From: an uncultured Butyrivibrio sp.
GTDB lineage: Bacteria; Bacillota; Clostridia; Lachnospirales; Lachnospiraceae
NCBI GenBank assembly: GCA_947169445.1
Contig: CAMVPU010000009.1
Coordinates: forward strand, 14,409 to 78,408
Direction of reading: 5' to 3'
Length of the DNA stretch: 64,000 nucleotides
The position numbers and the translations under genes were made by a program. The number at the start of each line of letters is the position of its first letter. The first letter of the stretch is position 1. Of this stretch, positions 25,799 to 35,481 are shown piece by piece. A model generated the notes under the pieces. It did no database searches, was not told the DNA's origin, and was given only the letters and a program-made list of their open reading frames with translations.

Positions 25799-26443
25799 TT
25801 ATTCCCCCAGTTTTTTGTTTTCTTTATAAAGATAATATCCAAGGATATGAAGAGATTGCTTAAAATCCCCGCCATTTATTCTTCGAAGCAGTTCTTCCTC
25901 ATCCAGTTCTTTTACATATAAGAATTCCGTATCATCCAGTTCCTGTCCTGAAACCTTCCTGCAATTTCTCGCTGCATAGATATGGACATTACTATTTGAA
26001 AGGGTGGCATTTGCCGGAACAGTCATCAGATGTGTCCATTCATCTGAAATATAGCCGGTTTCTTCCTTAAGCTCCCTTTTGGCAGCTTCAAAAGCATCGT
26101 CTTCGGTTGCTATGATATTGTCATAAGTAATATATGGAACATCACTTTTTTCCCTATATTCGATAGCCCCCGCCGGAAACTCTGTGGTAACCTCATCGAT
26201 TCCATGTCTGTACTGTCTGACACAGATAAATCTTCCCTTTTCATCTGTTGCAATTATAAGTGCAAAGCTATGCTTGGAATAATTGTAAACAGGTCCTATA
26301 ACTTCTCCGTTTGGAAGTTTGTAATCGCATTTTCTAAAATCGATCCAGGCATCCTGAACAACATGCTCGGTATTTACTTCTTTCCATCGTAATTCTTCAT
26401 TTTTCTGATTCATATTTTTATCCTGCACAGCTTTACTCGCCAT
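25799..26443 (-). CDS. Nudix hydrolase, ADP-sugar pyrophosphatase-like
   Basis: VRQYR, EFPAG...AAKRELKEETGY and QELDDTE motifs. Confidence 0.88.
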   Translation of the reverse strand: MASKAVQDKNMNQKNEELRWKEVNTEHVVQDAWIDFRKCDYKLPNGEVIGPVYNYSKHSFALIIATDEKGRFICVRQYRHGIDEVTTEFPAGAIEYREKSDVPYITYDNIIATEDDAFEAAKRELKEETGYISDEWTHLMTVPANATLSNSNVHIYAARNCRKVSGQELDDTEFLYVKELDEEELLRRINGGDFKQSLHILGYYLYKENKKLGE

Positions 26444-27461
26444 AATGCTGTATTAGTCTCTCCATATCTTCTCTAGTGATCTTAATGATTCCGCCATGTC
26501 TCTTTTTACGAGCTCCCAGGTGGTACTCGGTAGAATCAAGTTTCTCGAAATCGCCGCTTGACAGGTCATCAGTGACAAGTGGCAGGTACCCGCCATTAAA
26601 GCTGTACTGATCAACTATAAGGCACCACTTTTTCTGGTTCTCAAGATAGTAGCACTCCGGTCCCTCTACTCCATAAAGCTCTGAAAGGCACTTTGAATAC
26701 ACTTCTTCAAAAGGTCCATTTATAAGATCCTGGCTCTTTTCAAGGGTAATGACCTTATTAGTCTCATCCTTGGAGAACCTGTAGTACCATCCATTATCCC
26801 ATACGATATCAGTATCTATCACATCATTAGGTCTTTCAATATACTTAAACGCAGGTGTAAAGTTTATGAAATCTGTGGTAAAAGAGCCGTAAATGCGCTG
26901 TTTGGCACTTCCTTCCCCTTCTTCCTTGACATTGGAAGCAAAGAAAACAAACCAGGCCTCCTTCTCTTTGCAATATACAGCCTCTGGTGCCCATACACAA
27001 CCGGCATTTGGAACACCCACCTCTATAAGACGTTCATCCGACCAGTTGACAAGGTCCTCGGATTCCCACACATACAAAGACCTGCTACCTCTGCTGGATG
27101 CTCTTCCCCAATCGCCATCAGAAGTATCAAGGTCAGTTGCTATGATAAAGTATTTATGAACCTTCTCATCATAAACAATATAAGGATCACGAATTCCGGT
27201 AGAACCAGTTGTTGCAGTAAGTGCTGGTCTAGCCCCTCCCAGGTCCTTAAAATGCAGTCCATCCTCACTGACCGAAAAATATATTTTCTCAGAATCTCTG
27301 ATTCCACTGGTAAAATGAACAAATAAATAAGCCACTTCAGTATTCTCCTTTGCCTCATTTAAAGGCGCTAAACTATTATAAACGAGCAAAAGAGCCAGTG
27401 CAAATATGCAAAGCACCAGCTCCAGCAATCTCTTTTTATATCGCAATGTGTTGATCCTCAT
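26433..27461 (-). CDS. Secreted or membrane-anchored glycoside hydrolase family 43 protein
   Basis: N-terminal basic plus hydrophobic segment; IRDP, WAPE, IDT and VEGP five-blade propeller catalytic motifs. Probable start 27461 (ORF track 27497). Confidence 0.85.
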   Translation of the reverse strand: MRINTLRYKKRLLELVLCIFALALLLVYNSLAPLNEAKENTEVAYLFVHFTSGIRDSEKIYFSVSEDGLHFKDLGGARPALTATTGSTGIRDPYIVYDEKVHKYFIIATDLDTSDGDWGRASSRGSRSLYVWESEDLVNWSDERLIEVGVPNAGCVWAPEAVYCKEKEAWFVFFASNVKEEGEGSAKQRIYGSFTTDFINFTPAFKYIERPNDVIDTDIVWDNGWYYRFSKDETNKVITLEKSQDLINGPFEEVYSKCLSELYGVEGPECYYLENQKKWCLIVDQYSFNGGYLPLVTDDLSSGDFEKLDSTEYHLGARKKRHGGIIKITREDMERLIQHYGE

Positions 27462-27738
27462 AACCCTCAAAGAGTCTTTTTCCATTGAAGGTTGCATCGG
27501 TAACGTAAGAGGACACGCCTTTCTTTCCTAAAGACCTGCGTCCATAGAGAACAAGATGAATTCTCTTATCCTCAGTCATATACTCTTCCGATATTTCTTC
27601 TGTGTCATTACTTTTCTCAAGAACCTTTTTGAAATCAGATACAAAAGCAGGTATTATCACAGCTCCTATGCTTTGTCCCTGATTTGGTCCATATACCCCC
27701 ATAATTTCATGCAATAATTTCGTCCTTAGTTCGTCCAT
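27436..27738 (-). CDS. Hypothetical protein (~100 aa)
   Basis: Co-oriented ORF with GGGGG RBS, overlapping the GH43 start. Confidence 0.6.
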   Translation of the reverse strand: MDELRTKLLHEIMGVYGPNQGQSIGAVIIPAFVSDFKKVLEKSNDTEEISEEYMTEDKRIHLVLYGRRSLGKKGVSSYVTDATFNGKRLFEGYEDQHIAI

Positions 27739-27835
27739 ATTTACCCCCATAAAATGAATACAAAACTTTTTTGAAATTACAACCCTCTATATAAATCCTC
27801 CCGCCCCAAGGAAGGATCATATATCAAAAATTTCT

Positions 27836-29482
27836 TTACTGCTGAATTGTCTCAACAATAGATGGAAGAAGCTGTTTCTTACGAGAAACCACTCCCGGAA
27901 GAATTGCACTATCCCCAGTCACATTAATTCCAAAGGCCGAATTGATCGTATGCTGCGCCTTGCTTCCTGCAAATACCACTTCAGAAGCTTCATCAATGAT
28001 ATTGGTCAGCATAAAGAACAGCATATCAAGTCCATCATCAGATGCAACCTTACCAAGCTCAGGCAGGATTTTTTCCTTGATCTCGGAGAGTTCCTCAGCG
28101 CTCATGGAATTGATCTGTCCGATTCCTATGGTCATATCGTCTACAGTGAATTTCTTGAAGTCCTGATGAAGTATTTCTTTAGCACTCTTGCCGCTTAAGT
28201 TAGAACCAGCATGGAACATTTCCTTGGCAAAAGACTCATAATCTACTCCGGCTATTTGAGCCAGCTCTTCACCGGCATTCTTATCGATATTGGTGCAGGT
28301 TGGAGATCTGAACATAAGTGTATCAGACAATATTGCCGCCATCAAAAGACCTGCTGTAGTCTTATCTATCTCAATCTGAAACTCTTTGTACATGAGATAA
28401 ATAATTGTACAGGTAGAGCCAAGAGGCTGATTTCTGAAAAATACAGGTCCTGCAGTCTCTATGGTACGAAGTCTGTGGTGGTCTATGATCTCAAGGATTT
28501 CAGCAGAATCAGCTCCGTTTACTGCCTGATTCTTCTCATTGTGGTCCACTAAAATAAGCTGCTTTTTCTTGGCACCAAGGAAATTTCTTCGGCTGATCAT
28601 ACCGATATAATGATCATCCTTATCAAGTACAGGGAAGTATCTGTGTCTCATCTGAGCCATAACCTCCTGAATATCCTCAATATAGTCATCCATGTGGAAG
28701 CATACAAGGCCATCCTTTTTCATAACATGCTCAATTGGCATACTCTGATTGATAAGTCTTGCAACTATAAAGGTATCATGAGGAGTTGTTATGATCTTGG
28801 TTCCATGTTCCCTCGCCTGAATCTGAATAGTCTTAGCTACATCGGCACCTTCACATACGATAATGCATCCTGCATTCATCTCTATTGCACAAAGCTGCAT
28901 ATCATATCTGTTACCGAGAATAACAACATCTCCCTCTTCTATGACATTTTCCATCATATCAGGATTAGCTGCAGCGATTACAACCTTTCCCTTTTTAAGG
29001 ACATCCTCTATGTCACCAACAATCAGTTCACCGTCCAAAGTCTCAACGATATTCCTGTAGCATGTTCCTGCATCGGATAAGATTTTTGGATCAATAACGT
29101 CCATATATGTCTCAACAATATCGTTGGTAGTAACAATTCCTGTAAGCTCATCGCCTTCTGTAACGCAAAGTGTAACTACTCCCGCATCTCTCATCTTGGA
29201 CCAGGCATTCTTAAGGGACATATTTCTGTCCGTTCCTTCCAGCATCCTGATTTCCATATCTCTTACCTGGGTTCTTACGTCCTTGACATAAGCAGGTGTC
29301 TCAACACCAAAATGAGATAAAACAAACTGTGTCTCTTCATTTAAGTGCCCTGCTCTACAGGCAATATAGTCTGATCCTGTTATCTTTCTTTTTAAATTTG
29401 CATAGGTTATGGCTGCACAGATTGAATCGGTATCAGGATTCTTGTGTCCCATAACTATTACTGGTCTATTCTGCTTATTCAT
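27836..29482 (-). CDS. ppaC: Mn-dependent family II inorganic pyrophosphatase with CBS-DRTGG insert
   Basis: GHKNPDTDS, LVDHNE, IIDHH, SDT and SRKKQ motifs; internal CBS/DRTGG region. Confidence 0.93.
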   Translation of the reverse strand: MNKQNRPVIVMGHKNPDTDSICAAITYANLKRKITGSDYIACRAGHLNEETQFVLSHFGVETPAYVKDVRTQVRDMEIRMLEGTDRNMSLKNAWSKMRDAGVVTLCVTEGDELTGIVTTNDIVETYMDVIDPKILSDAGTCYRNIVETLDGELIVGDIEDVLKKGKVVIAAANPDMMENVIEEGDVVILGNRYDMQLCAIEMNAGCIIVCEGADVAKTIQIQAREHGTKIITTPHDTFIVARLINQSMPIEHVMKKDGLVCFHMDDYIEDIQEVMAQMRHRYFPVLDKDDHYIGMISRRNFLGAKKKQLILVDHNEKNQAVNGADSAEILEIIDHHRLRTIETAGPVFFRNQPLGSTCTIIYLMYKEFQIEIDKTTAGLLMAAILSDTLMFRSPTCTNIDKNAGEELAQIAGVDYESFAKEMFHAGSNLSGKSAKEILHQDFKKFTVDDMTIGIGQINSMSAEELSEIKEKILPELGKVASDDGLDMLFFMLTNIIDEASEVVFAGSKAQHTINSAFGINVTGDSAILPGVVSRKKQLLPSIVETIQQ

Positions 29483-29519
29483 TAACTACTCTCTCCTAAT
29501 AACATATAGAAAATGAGCA

Positions 29520-30401
29520 TTACTCATCTCCATCGCCTAAGCTGCTGTCATATTCATCCAAAAAATGATGTCTTTCACCATTTTTGTCTTTATAACATAT
29601 TATCGCATTAAGGTGTATATTTTCTACACTTTTAAAAATATTTGCCTCTATATAGGAACTTTTTTCCCGAAGCTTTTTTATAAGCGCTTTTGTCTCAGCT
29701 CTTTTTGAGGTTGAGCTGTCATTTTTAAGATTACCTTCTTTTTCAAGTTTCTCTGTAAGTCTGCAGGCGCACCTGATAAACTTAAGCTCATTATAGTTCA
29801 TCCAGTGGATGATGTCTTCCTCTCTTACAAGATAAAGAGGACGGATAAGCTCCATTCCTTCAAAGTTGGTACTATGGAGTTTGGGCATCATGGTCTGTAT
29901 CTGTCCGCCATACATCATTCCCATCAGTATAGTCTCAATAACATCATCATAGTGGTGTCCAAGAGCAATCTTATTACAGCCAAGTTCTTTTGCCTTACTG
30001 TACAGCGCACCTCTTCTCATTCTGGCACAGGGGTAACAGGGCGATCCTTCTATCCTGTCTGTGATATTGAAAATCTGAGAATCAAAGACTGTGATCGGTA
30101 TCTGCATAAGCTGCGCATTTCTAATGATATTCTCATAGTTTTCATCATTGTAGCCCGGATTCATTACAAGATATACCACTTCAAAATTGTGTATTCCATG
30201 CCTTGAAAGCTCCTGAAAGAGCTTGGCAAGCAGCATGGAATCTTTTCCGCCGGAAATACATACAGCAATCTTATCACCCTCTTCTATAAGCTGATAAGTA
30301 TTAATTGCCTTTGTAAACTGGCTCCATATTTCTTTTCTGAATTTTTTGATTATTGACCGCTCTATTTCCTGACAGCGGTCCATTTTTCTTTTTTCTGACA
30401 T
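29520..30401 (-). CDS. ttcA: tRNA 2-thiocytidine biosynthesis TtcA family protein
   Basis: SGGKDS PP-loop, CYPCARMRRG, GHHYDD and IRPL motifs. Confidence 0.85.
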   Translation of the reverse strand: MSEKRKMDRCQEIERSIIKKFRKEIWSQFTKAINTYQLIEEGDKIAVCISGGKDSMLLAKLFQELSRHGIHNFEVVYLVMNPGYNDENYENIIRNAQLMQIPITVFDSQIFNITDRIEGSPCYPCARMRRGALYSKAKELGCNKIALGHHYDDVIETILMGMMYGGQIQTMMPKLHSTNFEGMELIRPLYLVREEDIIHWMNYNELKFIRCACRLTEKLEKEGNLKNDSSTSKRAETKALIKKLREKSSYIEANIFKSVENIHLNAIICYKDKNGERHHFLDEYDSSLGDGDE

Positions 30402-30407
30402 TGTACC

Positions 30408-32138
30408 TCACGCAAACTGGCTGTTATAAAGCTCATAATAGAAACCTTTTCTATCAAGTAGCTGTTCATGATTTCCCTGCTCTATAATATGTCCGTCCTT
30501 CATAACCAGGATCACATCTGCTTCACGGATAGTAGAAAGCCTGTGAGCCACGATAAAGCTGGTCCTGCCCTGCATCATCTTGTTAAAGGCCTTTTGTATC
30601 CTGATTTCAGTACTTGTATCTATTGAAGATGTAGCCTCATCCAAAATCAGCATTGGCGGAATATTGAGCATTACTCTTGTAATACACAAGAGCTGTTTCT
30701 GGCCCTGGGAAAGGTTGCCGCCATTTTCCGATATAACTGTATCATAACCATTTGGAAGCCTTTTTATAAAACTGTGGGCGTGAGAAGCCTTAGCAGCAGC
30801 TATGATTTCCTCATCGCTAAAGCCTTCTCTTCCAAGGGTAATATTGTCTTTTATCGTTCCATTTCTAAGCCAGGTCTCCTGAAGGACCATTCCGAAATTA
30901 CTTCTAAGGTCACTTCTTCTCATATCCCTGATATCTATTCCATCTACCTTGATCGAACCCTTATCAACATCATAGAATCTCATAAGCAGATTAATAAGAG
31001 TAGTCTTGCCACTTCCCGTAGGCCCTACGATTGCAACCCTGGCACCGCTTGAAATATTGAGATTCAAATTCTCAATAAGGCTTCTTTCCTTATCATAGGA
31101 AAAAGCAGCATCGGATATCGTAACATTTCCTTTTGCCTGCGTCAAAAGCTTATCCTCTGTCTTATCCGGAATCTCGGGCTTTTCTTCACTAAGGCCAAAT
31201 ACACGCTCCGCACAGGCAAGTGCGTTCTGAAGTTCTGTTACAACACCTGAAATTTCATTAAAGGGCTTGGTATACTGATTGGCATAACTAAGGAAAATAG
31301 TAAGTCCGCCAACCGTCATTCCACCAGCTATGCAGGCAAACGCGCCAAACAGAGCTACTGCAGCATATACAATGTTATTGATAAATCTGGTGCCTGGATT
31401 TGTAAGTGATGAAATAAATGTAGCTTTTATGCTGGTTGTCTCAAGTCTTTCATTTATATCATCAAATATTTCCATGTTCTCATCTTCATGGGCAAATGCC
31501 TTTACAACGGATAGATTTCCAACCATCTCGTCAATAAAAGCTGTCTGATCTGACCGGGCCTCGCTCTGTCTTTTGAAAAGGCTAAAAGACTTATCTGCTA
31601 TGAACTTAGCCACAAAAAGAGAAAGTGGCGTAAGAACAACTACTACGAAGGCAATCTTAAAGTTCAGATAAAACATGAAAACAAGGGTTCCAAGTATAGT
31701 CACAACTCCGGTAAACAGCTGCGAGAATCCCATCAAAAGGCCATCAGAAAACATATCAACATCGGATATAATTCTTGATACTATTTCTCCGGTCTGCTTG
31801 TTATCCAGATATTCAAAGGGAAGCTTTTGCATCCTGTCAAAGGCTTCCGTCCTGACATCTCTTACTACTGCAAAAGTAATCTTGTTATTTGCCTTGTTCA
31901 TGATCCACTGGCAAATAGCAATAAAAACGATAATGCCGGACATTTTTGTAAGGATAGAAATAATAGTTTTAAAATCCACATTGTCTTTTCCCACAATGCA
32001 GTCTATTGCATTACCTGCAAGAATTGGCACATAAAGTGATAAAAGAGCTGTAATTACAGCCAGTGCCATTGATAAAAATATTAAAAAGCGATATTTGCCT
32101 GCATAGCGCAAGACTTTCTTTAAGGTTCCCTTTTTCAT
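30408..32138 (-). CDS. ABC exporter subunit (TMD+NBD), consensus-site partner
   Basis: GPTGSGKT, LSQGQKQ, LILDEATS and AHRLST motifs. Confidence 0.92.
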   Translation of the reverse strand: MKKGTLKKVLRYAGKYRFLIFLSMALAVITALLSLYVPILAGNAIDCIVGKDNVDFKTIISILTKMSGIIVFIAICQWIMNKANNKITFAVVRDVRTEAFDRMQKLPFEYLDNKQTGEIVSRIISDVDMFSDGLLMGFSQLFTGVVTILGTLVFMFYLNFKIAFVVVVLTPLSLFVAKFIADKSFSLFKRQSEARSDQTAFIDEMVGNLSVVKAFAHEDENMEIFDDINERLETTSIKATFISSLTNPGTRFINNIVYAAVALFGAFACIAGGMTVGGLTIFLSYANQYTKPFNEISGVVTELQNALACAERVFGLSEEKPEIPDKTEDKLLTQAKGNVTISDAAFSYDKERSLIENLNLNISSGARVAIVGPTGSGKTTLINLLMRFYDVDKGSIKVDGIDIRDMRRSDLRSNFGMVLQETWLRNGTIKDNITLGREGFSDEEIIAAAKASHAHSFIKRLPNGYDTVISENGGNLSQGQKQLLCITRVMLNIPPMLILDEATSSIDTSTEIRIQKAFNKMMQGRTSFIVAHRLSTIREADVILVMKDGHIIEQGNHEQLLDRKGFYYELYNSQFA

Positions 32139-33859
32139 ACCGCGCCCTCCTTCTTAAACTGTGAATCGTAGATTTCTTTGTAGAGTTCACAGCTATTAAG
32201 GAGCTGCTCATGGGTACCTATTCCTGCAACAGTTCCATTATCAAGTACTATTATCTTGTCGCATCCAAGAACGGCAGAAGTTCTCTGGGATACAATAAAG
32301 GTTGTAGGTGGATTATCCATTCCCGCAATAGCTTCACGAAGACGCTTATCTGTAAGATAATCAAGTGCTGATGCACTGTCGTCCAGAATAAGTATCTCCG
32401 GATTTCGTACAAGCGCTCTGGCAATAGTAAGTCTCTGCTTCTGGCCGCCGGAGAAATTCTTTCCTCCCTGAGCCACCATGAAATCAAGACCGCCTTCTTT
32501 ACTTTCGACAACTTCTGTTGCCTGCGCTATCTCAAGAGCTTTCTTAATTTCTTCATCGGAAGCATCTTTTTTGCCCCATTTCATATTGTCCCTTATACTA
32601 CCATGGAAAAGAACTGCCTTCTGAGGAACAACGCCAATTCTTTCCCTAAGTGCTTCAAGATTATATTCCCTTACATCTCTGCCATCAATAAAAACTGTTC
32701 CCTGTCTTGCATCGTAGAATCTTGGAATCAGATTAATAAGTGATGATTTACCACTACCTGTTCCTCCGATAACACCAATCTTTTCACCCCTGGCCGCAGA
32801 AAATGTGATGTTCTCAAGACTGTCCTCGCTGTCTCCCTCATATCTCATTGATACATTTTTAAAGACAATATGCTCATCAGTCCTGTCAAAAGTTGTCACT
32901 GTACCATCCTGCATGGATGACTTAAGCTCCAAAAGCTCCTGAACTCTGTTTCCGGAAGCTACAGCCTTGGTCATTGTAAGTACAAGATTAGCAAGCTTAA
33001 TAAGTTCAACAAGTATCTGGCCCATGTAGTTGTAAAGAGCTACAACCTGTCCCTGTGATAATTCACCACTATTAACATAAATTGCCCCCTTGTATATCAG
33101 AAAGGCAACTGAAAGATTCAAAATAGCGTAAGTCAGAGGATTCATAAGCGCAGTCACGCTTCCTACGAACCTCTGCATATTCATAAGGGCATTACTCTGA
33201 TCATGGAACTTTTCCTTTTCCTCATTTTCAAGTCCGAATGCCCTGATAACTCTGACACCTGTATGATTTTCTCTTGTATATTTCAAAAGAACATCCAGGC
33301 CGCTCTGTATCTTCTCGTATCTCGGAATGCTCCATGCAGTAATGGAAACAACTACAATGAAAAGAAGAAATATAGTAATCGCAAATATACCGGCCTGCCT
33401 TGCGTCAATAGTAAAGGCCATTACAAGTGCACCAAACACAACAAACGGTGACCTTAAAAGGAGTCTTATAGTCATATTGACTCCCTGCTGAACCTGATTC
33501 ATGTCGCTGGTCATTCTGGTGATCATGGCCGCAGTTCCAACCCTGTCCATATCAGAGAATGAAAGCTTTTGAATATTGTCAAAAAGAGCTTTTTTCAGCT
33601 TTTTGGCAAAGCCTGCCGCAGCCTTAGCAGCAAAAAACTGTGCAGTAACTGCACTCACAAATCCAACAAAACATAGCAGAATCAGAATAAGACACATTCT
33701 GACAGTATAGCCTTTATCTGCATTTGCTATTCCTTTATCGATCATGGCTGCTATTACAAGAGGAACCATGAGTTCAAAAGACGCTTCCAGAAGCTTAAAT
33801 AAAGGTCCCAAAAACGTTTCTTTCTTATAATCCTTAAGATAAACCAATAATTTTTTCAA
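32135..33859 (-). CDS. ABC exporter subunit (TMD+NBD), degenerate-site partner of a heterodimer
   Basis: GGTGSGKS, FSGGQKQ, LILDDSAS and SQR motifs (D for E, Q for H); TTG start. Confidence 0.92.
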   Translation of the reverse strand: MKKLLVYLKDYKKETFLGPLFKLLEASFELMVPLVIAAMIDKGIANADKGYTVRMCLILILLCFVGFVSAVTAQFFAAKAAAGFAKKLKKALFDNIQKLSFSDMDRVGTAAMITRMTSDMNQVQQGVNMTIRLLLRSPFVVFGALVMAFTIDARQAGIFAITIFLLFIVVVSITAWSIPRYEKIQSGLDVLLKYTRENHTGVRVIRAFGLENEEKEKFHDQSNALMNMQRFVGSVTALMNPLTYAILNLSVAFLIYKGAIYVNSGELSQGQVVALYNYMGQILVELIKLANLVLTMTKAVASGNRVQELLELKSSMQDGTVTTFDRTDEHIVFKNVSMRYEGDSEDSLENITFSAARGEKIGVIGGTGSGKSSLINLIPRFYDARQGTVFIDGRDVREYNLEALRERIGVVPQKAVLFHGSIRDNMKWGKKDASDEEIKKALEIAQATEVVESKEGGLDFMVAQGGKNFSGGQKQRLTIARALVRNPEILILDDSASALDYLTDKRLREAIAGMDNPPTTFIVSQRTSAVLGCDKIIVLDNGTVAGIGTHEQLLNSCELYKEIYDSQFKKEGAV

Positions 33860-33907
33860 ACCTACACCTCTTTAAAACAGATTATGCATTATAAAAACAG
33901 CAAAGAC

Positions 33908-35395
33908 CTAGTAATTGATTCTAAGCCCCTTTGGATAATGGTTTTTAAGCATTCCGCCTGCCAGCTTGGCCCAACCAATACTATAACCATCAACGCAGAT
34001 TATCGTCCAGCCCTTATTAGCATTCAGTTCAGTTCTTATTGTCTGCCCGTTCAGATATTGCCTTATTTCCAGACTATCCTCACTGAAATTGGCTGCATTT
34101 TTGACATCACATTTTTTCAGGGCCAAAGCAAATGCATGGGATGGCTCAAATCTATCCTTTTTAACTGTTCCAAGATGAAGCCCGGGTCTCATACATTTTA
34201 GACCGTTTATCCCCGGCATTTTAGGATCACAGATATAAAGCTGATCTCCGAACATAAATAAAAGACCGTTTAGCTCATATCCACTTTTTAGCCGTTTTTT
34301 TTCAAAATCATCAAACTCTAACGTTTCGAGCGCAAAATCCCAAAATAGTTTTTCAACTTCCTTTTTGGCTGCCTTATTCCTGCCACCTGGCACATGCAGA
34401 TCCTTATCTCTGTCAATAAGAACTCCATCACGCTCCAAAACGCACAAAAAATGGCCTTCGCCTCTAAGCTTATGAGGCCAGAGTCTTACAGCATTTTTTA
34501 CTTCATTCAGGATTTCTTCATTGTCAGCAGCATCCAGGCCTATTTCAGTCAAAGCTGATTCTCTGATCCATTCTGGTCTGGCATATTCCATGCCGTCATA
34601 TAAAGAAACCTCTTTAACATGAAAATCTCGATTTTTTGCAAGGAACCTGTAAATAGATTCTTCATTTTCTCTTGGTGCAAATGTGCAGGTAGAATAAACA
34701 AGCCTTCCTCCCGGCATCAGCATTTTAGCAGCACAGCCAAGAATTTCTTCCTGCCTTTCGCCACAGTTTTCGACATTTTCCGGGCTCCATTCAGAGGATG
34801 CATTCTCATTTTTCCTGAACATTCCTTCTCCGGAACATGGTGCATCTACGAGAATCTTGTCAAAATACCCTCCAAATACCTGTTCAAGGCTATTCGGAGA
34901 CTCATTTAAAACAAGTGCATTGGTTATTCCAAGCCTCTCAATATTAAGGGAAAGTATTTTTGCCCTATCTCTGTTTATCTCATTAGATACCAGTATCCCT
35001 GATCCGTTCATGCGTACAGCAATCTGAGTGGACTTTCCTCCCGGAGAAGCGCAAAGATCCAGTAGTCTCTCACCGGGCTTAGGATCAAGATATTGAACCG
35101 GAGCCATTGCACTGGGTTCCTGAATGTAGTAAAGCCCGGCTTCGTGATATGGGCTTTTCCCCGGAGTGCATTCACTATTATAGTAAAATCCATTTTCCTC
35201 CCAGGGAACATTATTTTCATTTGTATCAATCTTTAATTTATTCAAATTGTTAGAAAAAGAAGCATCAGCTTTTAACTTATTGATTCTAAGGGCGTGATAT
35301 CTGTCATCACTATCGCCAAAGCTCGACAAAAAAGCTTCATATTCCTCTTTATCTAAAAGTGTTCTCATTCTATCGCAAAAAGGTTCTGGTAGCAT
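33908..35395 (-). CDS. rsmF: RsmF/NOL1-type rRNA m5C methyltransferase
   Basis: YYIQEPSAM, DLCASPGGKS, DAPCSGEG and YSTCTF motifs; C-terminal KNHYPKGLR. Confidence 0.88.
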   Translation of the reverse strand: MLPEPFCDRMRTLLDKEEYEAFLSSFGDSDDRYHALRINKLKADASFSNNLNKLKIDTNENNVPWEENGFYYNSECTPGKSPYHEAGLYYIQEPSAMAPVQYLDPKPGERLLDLCASPGGKSTQIAVRMNGSGILVSNEINRDRAKILSLNIERLGITNALVLNESPNSLEQVFGGYFDKILVDAPCSGEGMFRKNENASSEWSPENVENCGERQEEILGCAAKMLMPGGRLVYSTCTFAPRENEESIYRFLAKNRDFHVKEVSLYDGMEYARPEWIRESALTEIGLDAADNEEILNEVKNAVRLWPHKLRGEGHFLCVLERDGVLIDRDKDLHVPGGRNKAAKKEVEKLFWDFALETLEFDDFEKKRLKSGYELNGLLFMFGDQLYICDPKMPGINGLKCMRPGLHLGTVKKDRFEPSHAFALALKKCDVKNAANFSEDSLEIRQYLNGQTIRTELNANKGWTIICVDGYSIGWAKLAGGMLKNHYPKGLRINY

Positions 35396-35481
35396 CTATT
35401 ATTCCTCACAACTTATGGTAGATTAAGGCATGTTATGATATGATTAGTTTGTTTATTCTAACATTCACGGAGTCAGCCAAA

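Noticed and set aside
32135..33859. Degenerate Walker B and H-loop in the ABC subunit
   Set aside because: This is normal for heterodimeric exporters with one degenerate site.
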